A stretch of DNA of 64,000 nucleotides. Origin: Amoebophrya sp. A120 (lineage: Eukaryota; Protista; Dinoflagellata). The stretch lies in the NCBI GenBank assembly GCA_905178155.1, contig CAJINV010000005.1:4195556-4259555 (forward strand). The letters are read 5' to 3'. The notes beneath the pieces are model-generated. The model saw only the letters and a list, made by a program, of their open reading frames with translations, had not been told where the DNA came from and did no database searches. This document shows positions 12,271-22,495 of the stretch, in pieces (position 1 is the stretch's first letter; every line of letters begins with the position of its first letter). A program made the translations under genes and the position numbers.

Positions 12271-15200
12271 CTACAGCCAGCCCTTCGACTCCCTGCCTAT
12301 CATGACAAAGAAGCCCATGCTGCCAATCATGATGTATTTGAGCCAGGGGTAATCGTTCAGCTATCAAATGCAAAAATGTCCGGGTCTGGAAGATTGCGAG
12401 ATTTGTCATGCTGATCTGGCATGGCCCTTAAATCTGTATTGCGTGGCCACAAACAGCCTCTCTCGCCTGTCATCATCATCATCATCATTGAGACGAACCC
12501 CCTGTGGTCGTCCTCACGGTGTCGTCTTGGCCCTAGGCTGTTTCGGACAGATGTTGGTTGTGTCCGGCAAGAGGACGGCCCTGCCCGGACAAATGTTGGT
12601 AATGTCCAGCGAGAGCGCTGCCGTGGCCCGTTTTCTGCCGGTTTTTGGCTTTCGCCAGGAATACCCGCAACACCACCCGTGGATAGTGAAACCCATGGCA
12701 GGCTTTCGCCAGGCGGTTCCGAGGAGGCCTTCCTCTTGGCACAATGTCGGTTAGATACCAAATTGCACCCCCCGGAAGCGAATGGTGAGCCGATCCAAAG
12801 TTGGTGCAAAGCACAGGTGGGATCATGGGCTCGGGAGAGTAGTTGGGTCATGCGAAATATGCAAAAACGCAGTTTCTCATGCGGAATATGCAGCACAGAA
12901 GCACGAAGCAACTTGTCATGCTTGGCGGCGCATTTTTACAGTGCATTTGTATATTGACTGACTTGCGTCACGAGTTTCCAGACCCAGACATTTTTGCAAT
13001 CCATATCAGCAGTATTGTGATCATTCCCACGTACGGCAGAAACCCGAAAGCGCGGCCCATTACCTCCTTCCGGGAGATGAAATTCTGCTTGCTCATGTAG
13101 AGACCATATGGATTGCAAAAGTGTCTGGGTCTGGTGGAAGATTTCTAGATTTGTCATGCAGTTTTTCTATTTACTCATAAGCTCTAGAATGCAGCACCTA
13201 GCATGACAAATTCTGTGATCCCTCTATCATGCCCGTCCCGCATGAGAAATTGAATTCCCTCTCAACTTGGTAAAAAAGCACGGCTGTTGGTAATCACGCA
13301 ACACATCATCATCATCATGTAGTGGACACCCGCACCCAGCGCCACAGGTCAAGGATCCCCTCCCCGGGGGGTGGGCGAGGAAGCACTTTCGGCGACCTCA
13401 TCATACAAAAGCCGAGCGCTACCACGGCAAGTCGCCCCAAGAAAAGTACCGACCAGTCGGGAGCTACCCACCACACCTGATCAGCACAGCCCGGCCAGCT
13501 AGCCGAGCGCGACAGCCCAACATACATAACGATCCAGGACCCGACCCATTTTACGCCATACGTTTTTGTTTCCACGGAAGAGACGACGTACCCCTTTGGG
13601 TTAAGGGGCGAGACTCTCCCCTAAGCCGCAACCCCGCCCGGACAGGGGAGGCTGGACCGTTTGCGCCTTACCTGCGGCACGGGCGAACAGGGCAAACGCA
13701 TGACAAGATTTTCTGCATGATGCAGATTTAGCATGACAAGTTGTGACCTTCCAGACCCAGACATTTTTACATTTGATAGACCCCGATCGTCTACCTGGTT
13801 GTTGTCGCCTTTGGTCAAAATTATCCTATGCAAAAACGTCCCCACCCCAGAGTTGTCATGTAGATCTGCAAGCACAAGAGCGTTAGTAATGCGCATCCCC
13901 ATGAGAGGCATTTCCCATCGTGTTTTGGAACTTGTAATCCTGTAAACAGGATGAGCAGATGGATTTGTTATGCGGCTTCCCTTGCAACACTGCACAACTA
14001 CACTACAGCCTGCAATTTGTCATGCGTGGTTGCCAAAGCTTCAAGATTTGTGTTGCAAAATTCCCAACTTGACTCTGGGCTGGGGACGTTTTTACAAATG
14101 ATAAAAATCGCGTACTCCTCTGTCTTCCAGCATCGCACGAAAAAACTCTAGTTTCACCGGGAACAGGGCATTGGCATTGCTCACTTTGCCCGAAATACAA
14201 ATAAATATGCTTCTTTTTGGCACCGCAGAAACAGATTCGGTATCAGCTCGCAAGACAAAAGTCATTTAGCGCATTGTTCCTATGCTGCGGAACCGCAACG
14301 AGACAAATGTATCGGCTTCAGCCCCATGCTTTTGCACGCTCTAGAAAACAGATTAACAACCTTTTCCTTTTTTAGCATTAGCGTGGTCCTTCTGCTGCAT
14401 CAAAATTTGTTTTTGTGCGGGTAAAATTTCACAGTAAAAGAGTTTTTTCCTGGGATATCCGGTTCTTGTGGGCGTTCACTATCCCTGTTTGATGTTTTTT
14501 GTTTGTTGTTTACCATCATCCCTCATAGAGCGCTGCACTTCTTCGTCGCAAAGCATAGGAAAGACAGCTGCTCAACACATAGCCGACACTGGGTTACGTC
14601 GTGGCCCGGGGCACGACCTGCTGGTCCTCGTACTACCGAGTGGGGAAAGCGCGAAAAATTAGTTTCAACAGTCCGTCTCGGGTTGGAGCTCGTTGCACTT
14701 TATCTTTATCTTTAATAATGCTGTGCTAATTACAAATACTTATCAGGGTTTGATTTTTGCTAGCGAAAAATCAAAAATGCGGAGAAAAATTTATTAATAA
14801 GAGGTACTGTGAACAATGGGTATTCCGCGTCCCTCAACTTGAAAAACGATGACGTCGCCGGGTACAAACCGCTCTTCTCTCCACATATTCAGGATCAAGA
14901 TGTCCCCTCGGTAGAATCCCGGCTCCATGCTCCCGGAAAGCACCACGACCACCGGCGACTCGCTACCAGTCATCAAGCTCAACCCGCGCCAGAGCATCAG
15001 CGCCGTAAAGATGATACCTATTTTTTTTCGGAAAAGAAAAGGGCTGCGCGTTCGATCATCGATCCTGTAGTCCTATCCTCGTCCTCGCCTGCAACTCGAA
15101 GAACGAGCAAGTCAGGTCCTCGATTTCTCAGTAGGTGCAGCCTCCATCCGAGGCCAGCATTGATGAAGAATACTGAACGAGGGCAAGAGTTGGTTCTTCG

Positions 15201-15636
15201 CACCACCTAAAAGTTTTTCTTCTTCGTGCTACGTATCCACATGATTGGCATCACAAATTAATATCAACAAAAAACATCAACATCAAACAATATGAATTAC
15301 ATGCGAGGTTGAGCAGCTGCACGAAGAGGGCTATCCTTCAGGAAAAAGCTAGCATAGCATTGTTGATTTTTGTGTAGTAGTTCTTTGAAAAGCTACAACT
15401 GCGCAAAAATCCGCCTTGCGTGACATGGGGAGCACAGCTTCTCTCGGCCACACTTTTCACGTATCATTTCTCGTGTCTTTTTTTTCCAGTCTATGCATTC
15501 GTTGGAGCTTGGTCGTTGCGTTGCTGCAACCATCTATGCTAGTCATTTCCTGTAGGATAGAGGCTCTGGGTCTCTTGAGGAGTATGGCGAACTCACTCAT
15601 ATACCCGCCAACTGCTTCGGTCAAATAGGCCAACAT
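12271..15636 (-). CDS. SEC11: Signal peptidase complex catalytic subunit SEC11 (peptidase S26B), 8 exons
   Basis: Reconstructed MLAYLTEAVGGYMSEFAILLKRPRA(L/F)[47 protein letters not shown]...IPIVHRIVNAHKNRKTEEYAILTKGDNNQVDDRGLYMSKQNFISRKEVMGRAFGFLPYVGMITILLNDYPWLKYIMIGSMGFFVMIGRESKGWL*. Catalytic SGSMEP, IVHR and TKGDNN-x-DD motifs are present. Two GT-AG introns (14485-14807, 15018-15300) and five introner introns. Confidence 0.95.
12362..13005. mobile_element. Introner family A with internal insertion
   Basis: Perfect TSD tcagc; removal gives SEC11 LL|NDYP. Confidence 0.95.
13107..13778. mobile_element. Introner family A with internal insertion
   Basis: TSD gacca/gaccc; removal gives SEC11 DDRG|LY. 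Confidence 0.95.
13822..14103. mobile_element. Introner family B
   Basis: Perfect TSD aaaat; removal gives SEC11 AIL|TKGDNN. Confidence 0.95.
14131..14457. mobile_element. Introner family E
   Basis: TIR (c/t)atc.ca.gaaaaaactct; TSD tccag/tccgg; SEC11 frame restored. Confidence 0.85.
15332..15559. mobile_element. Introner family E
   Basis: TIR tatcct.caggaaa...ctagca; TSD agggc/gaggc; SEC11 frame restored. Confidence 0.85.
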
Positions 15637-16274
15637 GGCGCTTCTAGTTGCTGCCTATGCATTGCAAATATGTCTTGTCTGCCTGGATGTCTTGTGCATT
15701 ATTGAAGTATGTGAAGATCTATCGAGGCAGTAGCTCTCGTCCGAGACAATAAGCCTATCGGTATGAGTCTACCTTTCACAAAAAGCAAGAAAAGAATAGC
15801 GGCCCGGACCCACTTTCTATCTTGTCAACCGATACCGCAATAAAGGCCAGCACGTCTTTCTCATGCAAGATGGGCAACAACAACATGAAATCGTAAATGA
15901 CATCAGCCTGTAATGCGTACTTCACATGCCTTTCAGACGGCTGTCGCCGGTGGTCCAGAACCAGACTCTCGTCTGAGTCGCTTTTTTATAGTAAATCTAA
16001 GCTGCCCGGACGAAGTAGACATAGTCGCTGTTGATACTGCCGCACCAATGCCGCTTGAAGATGTGTGTCTTTTTAGTGCCCGCTTGTTCTTTCCCAAGCA
16101 CTGCCGCAGTTGCTCTTCGACAAGTTGAAAGAACTTCTTTATAGAATTAATCGTGTAGAATATGTTGTAACGTGTCAAATCTGTACTTACTATACGTAGT
16201 CGCTGAAAGTGTCGAATGCGTTGTGATGCTGGAGTTCTCGCTATGTATCTATACTGACAGGTTAGGCAGCACTT

Positions 16275-16723
16275 CTACTTTTTACGCGTATTTGTGAGTG
16301 CAGCATGTCTCCACGATAGAGCTTTACTTCGGAATGTCTCGAGTCCTTCCCTTGCGTAATATGGAGTCAGCTTTTCTACTAGTAAAAAGATATCAATATC
16401 TTCGGCTAGACACCTGCGAAAATCGATGATCGATAGATGGTTTCTTTGGTGCGTGTGTTGCTCCACGGAGTGGGGGCCAGGGCCAGACTACTGGCACAGT
16501 ACAAACACTTCCTCGATACAACCCGGTGACGTGTCGACTGCGTGCATGACTCAGCTTTATTTGAGTGCTCGACTCCGTGCTCGAAATAAACTTGCACCTT
16601 TACTATTTTTCCTGCGATACACGACATACAAGTCCCAAGAATCCAGCTTCCAAGCTTAGCATATACAAGGTGTAATCCGTACCCATTTTCCAACTCCCAC
16701 AGCTTGTCGTTGGTAGTTCCCAA
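16275..16723 (-). pseudogene. Possible decayed piggyBac-like transposase C-terminal fragment
   Basis: Frameshifted ...IVKVQVYFEHGVEHSNK...RVVSRK.../...HLSIIDFRRCLAEDI loosely follows the piggyBac pattern YN..MGGVD..DQ...KW...LS...FR..LA. Judged by eye only. Confidence 0.25.
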
Positions 16724-19700
16724 CCCCTGGCCCAGATATACGGATGAAAATCAACAACCACCGTTGGCATTTTCCAGCGCCAACTTTGCAACTTTTGGCG
16801 CACGGCCTTCCTTGATGAAGATCCACGGCGTGCTTCATCCTGTTACGACCCACGCCGGCGCCCTTGTCTTTTTTTTCAAAAAGGAAAGTCCAACAGAGGA
16901 ACCTGACTTGAAAAGGCTTGCATGGGTTGGAAAACCTGAAAAGGCTGACTGGAATTCGAAGTCTGGATAGAATTCGAAGGTGCGCACAGCCCGCGACGGT
17001 CCGAGAAACGAAAAAAAATCGGGAGTCTCGGGTGTATTAAAGGACGAGCAACCTCCTTTAACCAGGTGGCTCGTGTTTCACGGCGCCATCTTTTCAAGTT
17101 TGGGCATGTTTGAAACTTGAAACGAGGCGGATGAATAAAGCATCGTTTCCAATCTCAAAACCAACAGGAGATAAAGCTGCTGTGCTTTTCTGTAGCTCTT
17201 GAGATTTGAAAAGATTCTCCTGCTTCGGCATCTTTTGAAATCTTGCAACCTAAAGATCCTGCCGCGCTTCAGACTTGAAAAGTTGCCAAATGGACACCTT
17301 CGCAAATCTTAGAAGCGATGAAAGAAGAGTAAAATAAGCGCCCCCGAGCCGACAAAGATCGGCCATACCCAAGAACCAAATGAGGCGACAAAGCTCGCGG
17401 GCAAGACTCCCCGGGCCAGTTCTATTCAGAGAAAACGCTGGCAAAAAGCTGAGGCTGTCGCATTTTCAACGCGAGGGCGTTTTGACTTCGCTTCCTTGTG
17501 GGGCGATGCGCCGTGCGTTTGCAATGCATCTTTTCACATTTGTTGAATTGGCCATGGACCTGGTTCACATCTTTTGACGCGGAAAACAAAAGGATAGGTA
17601 GCAAAACAGAGAAGCCCGTGGGAATGAGCTGTCTAGGCAGTTTTGGAAGCATCTTCACACAGGAAGCAGTAGTCCGAGGGGCGAAGGGGTCCGGCACGCT
17701 TCCAACACTTTTTTTTCGAATTTCAACGCGTTGCAAATTTGAAGGGATGGGCGGGGGCGTCTTCTGCAAGTGCATACGTTCAGACTTTAACGCATCACAA
17801 TATCTTTGGCTTGCGCGGCACCTCTTCTTTGTCGCTGCCGAGCACTCGCGCGTCGTGTCTTCCGAGGAAAGGACAACGCGCTACCATTTCACTGACGGCT
17901 CCAACACTCAGCCAGGATTGATGGCCAAACGCGGAACAGAGGTATACTAAGAAGGCGCAAAGGTCGTCGAAAGACCGAGTCCGTTCTATCCGGAGGGAGT
18001 CGCCTTCTTACTTTCAGATGCCGCAAGGAAAGGACGGAGCTTTTGTTTCTTGCTGCTACTGTACCATACAAAATGCGCTTCAAGAGATGCGGCACCTGAA
18101 GCAGCTTGCACTGATTATGCGAAACTTGCCGCGTTCATCGAAAAAATGATCTTTATGAAAGTAAGTTAGCGAGCTTCGCGATCAGATGAAGTTAACGTTT
18201 TATCGACAACACTCGGCCGACAAACATGAGTGGCCGCTTTGTTCGCTGCACACAGAACAATTGTGGGAAATAAAAAGAAAATCAGATCGATGGCATTGGC
18301 AACTGCGAAAAAACGCGGAAAAATAAAAATTCGAAAAATGCTGAATATCATTTTGATTTTTATTTTGCTTTTGAGCACCGGCATCGCTCCTACCGTAATA
18401 CGTTTTTGCTTGCTCGCCTCCTCCTTTCCGACATGCTAGTGGAGATGGACGCTATGTATTGTTAAAGATCTGTGCATTCCTTGGAGGTGGAGGTGGTCTT
18501 TGTTCTGCATTGTAACATCAAGACAAGCTGCTCTACTCCTTGACTTCAGTTTTCAACTTCGATCAAATTCAAATCTTGTTTCACTGACTGGCTGGCAGTG
18601 GGTGGTGGTCAACGGTGGCCTCTAACTCTATCTCTACTATGATTTATCGATTATAATTATGGAACAGCCATCTGGATCCAGGAGGATATGTGTGTGCCTC
18701 CATATCTATCCAGGAGTATTCGATCATGTGTCTTGTCTGGCGCAGGGAACATTCATAAGTAACGAAAGGAGCAGCGCGCGACATGTGTAAATAGCAAACG
18801 CGGCGAAGTGAATACGCAATGTTCATCAGGCTTCTCCTGCGATAGAATTGCCGTGCCATGAAGTAGAAAGTCGCGGCCGCGCCACGGGGCCTCGGTGTTC
18901 TGGCTTTGCGAGCGTTTTCTTCTGGCGCCCCTTTGGGCGCCCGAAATCGCCGGAACGCGATGCGGCGGGCGCCTCCCACGGGCGGCCTTTTTGCTGGGTC
19001 GCCATCGTCGTTTTTTAGATCGGTGACCGATTGAGCGCCGCCGACGTGTTTCGTTCGTCGCAGAGCAGAACGGGATGGACTACGAGACTTTTGCTCAAGA
19101 AAAAAATTGCTAAGCGTGAGAAATTGCTGGCCGCTTTTGGCGCGACATGCCAAGGAAGAAAGCTGCGAGGCCCGGTAAAGCGCGCCGACGCTAGAAAGCC
19201 CCTAGACTTTTTGGCGCGTGGAATGAATTCCGACGCAGCTTCAGACCACAAAACAAGGCACCATATCTGACCCTAACCGAGAGGGGCCTGCGCATCGGTA
19301 AAAGGAAGCAAACAAAACAAAAAACGCAAGGGGCGGAGTGAAAGCTCTGCAGATGGCGGGGTGGGCTCGGGTTCTTTTTTCCCGTTTTCTTCCGCGGAAA
19401 AAGGCCGGAAAAATCGTGATAAATATCGGGCTGCATGTTGCCCAAAATGAATCGCGCGGCTGCGTATTTTCTTCCGCGGCCCCGGGCCCGTCGGTAAGGA
19501 AAATCCAGCGCGATTTCCTTGCGGCAATTTTTACGCCCTGCTCTTTTTAACGTATTATACTAGTAAAAAATACTCAGCGGCGCGCGTATCTTTTGCATTT
19601 TATGCACTATCCGCAGATGGGTCATCCTGTGGGATGAGTAATTCCTTCTGCGGAGGAGTGAAGGCGCCCGAAGCGCCCGAATCATGGAGCACCAACCCCT

Positions 19701-20681
19701 CTCCTTACAGAAGAAAGCAGAAGGGTCTCTGTCCGTTTATAGGCACGAGACCGCATGAACCATCCGCAGACCAGTGCAAAACGATTCATCCCCCGAGGGG
19801 GTGAACCAGGGCGGGAGGGTGGGCAAAACTAACAACAGACCCGAGGGCCGTCCTCACACACATACATCTTTCTCAGGTTCTGGCTACCGTCAACATGTCG
19901 TGCTAGGGCGGGGCCGATACATAAAATACCGCCCGCCCAGCCTCAGCCTTGGCTCACAGGCTCGCAAGACTGCTGCTGCCCGGGCATACATTTTATGCAC
20001 TATCCGCAGATGGGTCATCCTGTGGGATGAATAATTCCTTCTGCGGAGGAGTGAAGGCGCCCGAATCATGGAGCACCAACCCCATCGCCGAAGGAGCGCA
20101 GCGCCGAAGCAGCCCAAAGAACCCTGCGTCGCAGGCGACCAGCAGATGAATTTGGGCACCAGAATATGCCCCATAGATGAGGACGCAACACTCCAAAGGC
20201 GACGAGGTAAAGACGAAATAGCAACCCCCGAAAACGGACTCGAAGTAGCAGAAAAGCCCAGCCAGAAATGTGACCGCCGGCACTTCCCGTTGCGCATCAG
20301 GACGCGCGCCACTTTCACTGCCCAAACAAGCCGCAACCAATCCAATGAGAGGAGGGCTCCCGGTAGACTACACCAAAGCACCCCCGTCGGGTCCTGGAGC
20401 TACTCGCCCCATGCTTGCGAGTCGGCAAAAACCAGAAACCATACCAACCCCGGCAGCCGCAAGGCTGCCGGCGGCCTCGACCTTTCCCCCCCTTGCCTTG
20501 CCGGTGTTAGGTTTAACGGATTCAAACCGCCAGTGCCACACGTGCCGACTCAGCATGAGACGAAAAGCGCCAGGACCCAGCTAGACGCCGCAGCGTCGCT
20601 GCAACAACGCCCTCATTGAAAGGGAAACAAGTCAAAGCTCTCCCAGCCAGCGCTATGATAGGAGGCCAGCAAGGAGATACG

Positions 20682-21078
20682 CACTCGCCGAAGCGAGGAT
20701 CCAGACATCGACATGTGTCAAACTCCGCTACGGAGAGACCATCCAGGACAGACCCACTCGCCGAAGCGAGGAGCCAGACATGAGTCATCCTCCACTGCGG
20801 AGAGACCAGACAGGAAATCCTCACTCGCCGAAGCGAGGAACCAGACATGATCATCCTCCACTGCGGAGAGACCAGACCGGACAAACTCACTCGCCGAAGC
20901 GAGGAACCAGACATGAGTCATCCTCCACTGCGGAGAGACCAGACAGGACAAACTCACTCGCCGAAGCGAGGAGCCATACAGGGGCGATCCTCCACCACGG
21001 AGAGACCACACAGGACACTCACTCGCCGAAGCGAGGAACAGACAGGCGTCATCCTCCACTGCGGAGAGACCAGACAGG
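20682..21078. repeat. Tandem array, ~66-bp unit x6
   Basis: cactcgccgaagcgagg starts at 20682, 20755, 20822, 20888, 20955 and 21020. Confidence 0.95.
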
Positions 21079-21079
21079 G

Positions 21080-21227
21080 ATCATCCTCACCGAAGTGAGG
21101 GCAGCCCACAATCATCCTCACCGAAGTGAGGGCAGACAGGGATCATCCTCACCGAAGTGAGGGCAGCCCACGATCATCCTCACCGAAGTGAGGGCAGACA
21201 AGTATCATCCTCACCAAAGTGAGGGCA
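21080..21227. repeat. Tandem array, 31-bp unit x5
   Basis: atcatcctcaccgaagtgagggca at 21080, 21111, 21142, 21173 and 21204 (last copy with one mismatch). Confidence 0.95.
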
Positions 21228-21951
21228 TATGACATACTACCACGGCAGGGGCGTAACTCCCTGGAACCTGAGAAACTATCAAAAGCTAACAACAGACCCG
21301 GGGGCCGTCCTCACACACATACATCTTTCTCAGGTTCTGGCTACCGTCAACATGTCGTGCTAGGGCGGGGCCGATACATAAAATACCGCCCGCCCAGCCT
21401 CAGCCTTGGCTCACAGGCTCGCAAGACTGCTGCTGCCCGGGCATACATTTACTCTACCCCGCTTAATTCACCCGCGATCGAGACCCTTTTCGACCCCCCT
21501 TCCGGGGCAAAGTGAGGCCGCCCAGCCCCGGCAGCGCTCTTCGAATAAAGGGGGCACCGAGGGGGTCCGAAAGCCGGCGCCTCGTTGCGACGAGGAATAA
21601 ATTGCAGAAGATGCACCTTTCTCATAAGCGCTATACATTCATAAAGGTCTCGGAGGCCGGACAGCGATCAAGAGTTTTTTATCGGAGCTTTCCCATAGGC
21701 CAGGCCCGGCAGGCCCTTTTTCGGTAGGCAGGTTGGTAGTTGGGCAGGGCGGTGCTGTGAACTAGATGAGATTGATGCTAACTGAGGCGCTTCCGCTCTC
21801 AAATTCTGCGTCTTTCTCCCAGTGCTTCTGGCTTCCTACCTACCTACCTATCTACCTACCTACCTACCAGCGCCCTTGCTTGCTTCCAATTAACCACGGC
21901 GCAGCGACTGGCGCTCGGCTGTCTACCAAACCTATCTCCTAGGACGTCTGT

Positions 21952-22495
21952 CGTGGTGGCGCGCAGGCCACGGCCGGACGCTCTACTCGACCTACAACCT
22001 ACCACCGTGGAGGAGGGCAGGTCGTGGCCCGCTGGTTTGCCCGGCCTTCCTACCTACTATCGTGGCGGCGAGCGCAGGTCACGGCCGGAACATCTGCCCG
22101 ACATACCTACCGCCGTGGTGGCGCGCAGGCCGTGGCCCACTGATCTACCCGGGCGACCTACTACTGTGGGGCGCAGCGCGCGGGCCATTGGTGAGGACCT
22201 ACCCGGCCTGCCTACTAATCAGGTGGCGCGCAGGTCCGGGCCGGGCGATCTGCTCGGCCTACCTCCAACCAACCCCCACCATGGTGGCGCGCAACCCATT
22301 ACCCGCCGGCTTGCTCGGCCTGCCTACTACCGCGGTGCGTTGCGCGCAGGCCATGGCCGGGCGGTCTGCCCGGCGTGCCTACCTACCTACCTACCACCGT
22401 GGCTGGCGACGCGCAGGTCGCGGCCCGTTGATCTACCCGGCCTACCTACTACTGTGGTGGCACGCTTGTCATGGCCGAAAAATCTGCCCGACCCA
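21952..22495. repeat. Degenerate minisatellite, ~50-60-bp unit, about 10 copies
   Basis: Recurrent cgtggtggcgcgcagg...acccggcctacctactac; preceded by (CCTA)n at ~21835-21867. Confidence 0.85.

Larger units (their letters stand above)
19596..21450 (-). mobile_element. Non-autonomous split-direct-repeat element (TOC1/PAT/Ngaro-type tyrosine-recombinase retrotransposon derivative)
   Basis: Repeat A at 19596-19699 and 19989-20083; repeat B (165 bp, 1 mismatch) at 19829-19993 and 21286-21450. Order A1-short-B1A2-long-B2, with CATTT shared at both ends and at the B1/A2 junction. Confidence 0.8.

Noticed and set aside
11753-12352. 199-aa plus-strand ORF
   Set aside because: Its 3' part is antisense to the last SEC11 exon and the rest overlaps the SEC11 3' flank.
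15656-15903. Introner just upstream of the SEC11 start codon
   Set aside because: The left family A TIR is visible but no convincing right TIR could be placed.
20682-21227. CRISPR-like array of palindromic repeats
   Set aside because: The intervening sequences are near-identical rather than unique spacers, there are no cas genes, and the context is eukaryotic; it is a tandem array inside a mobile element.
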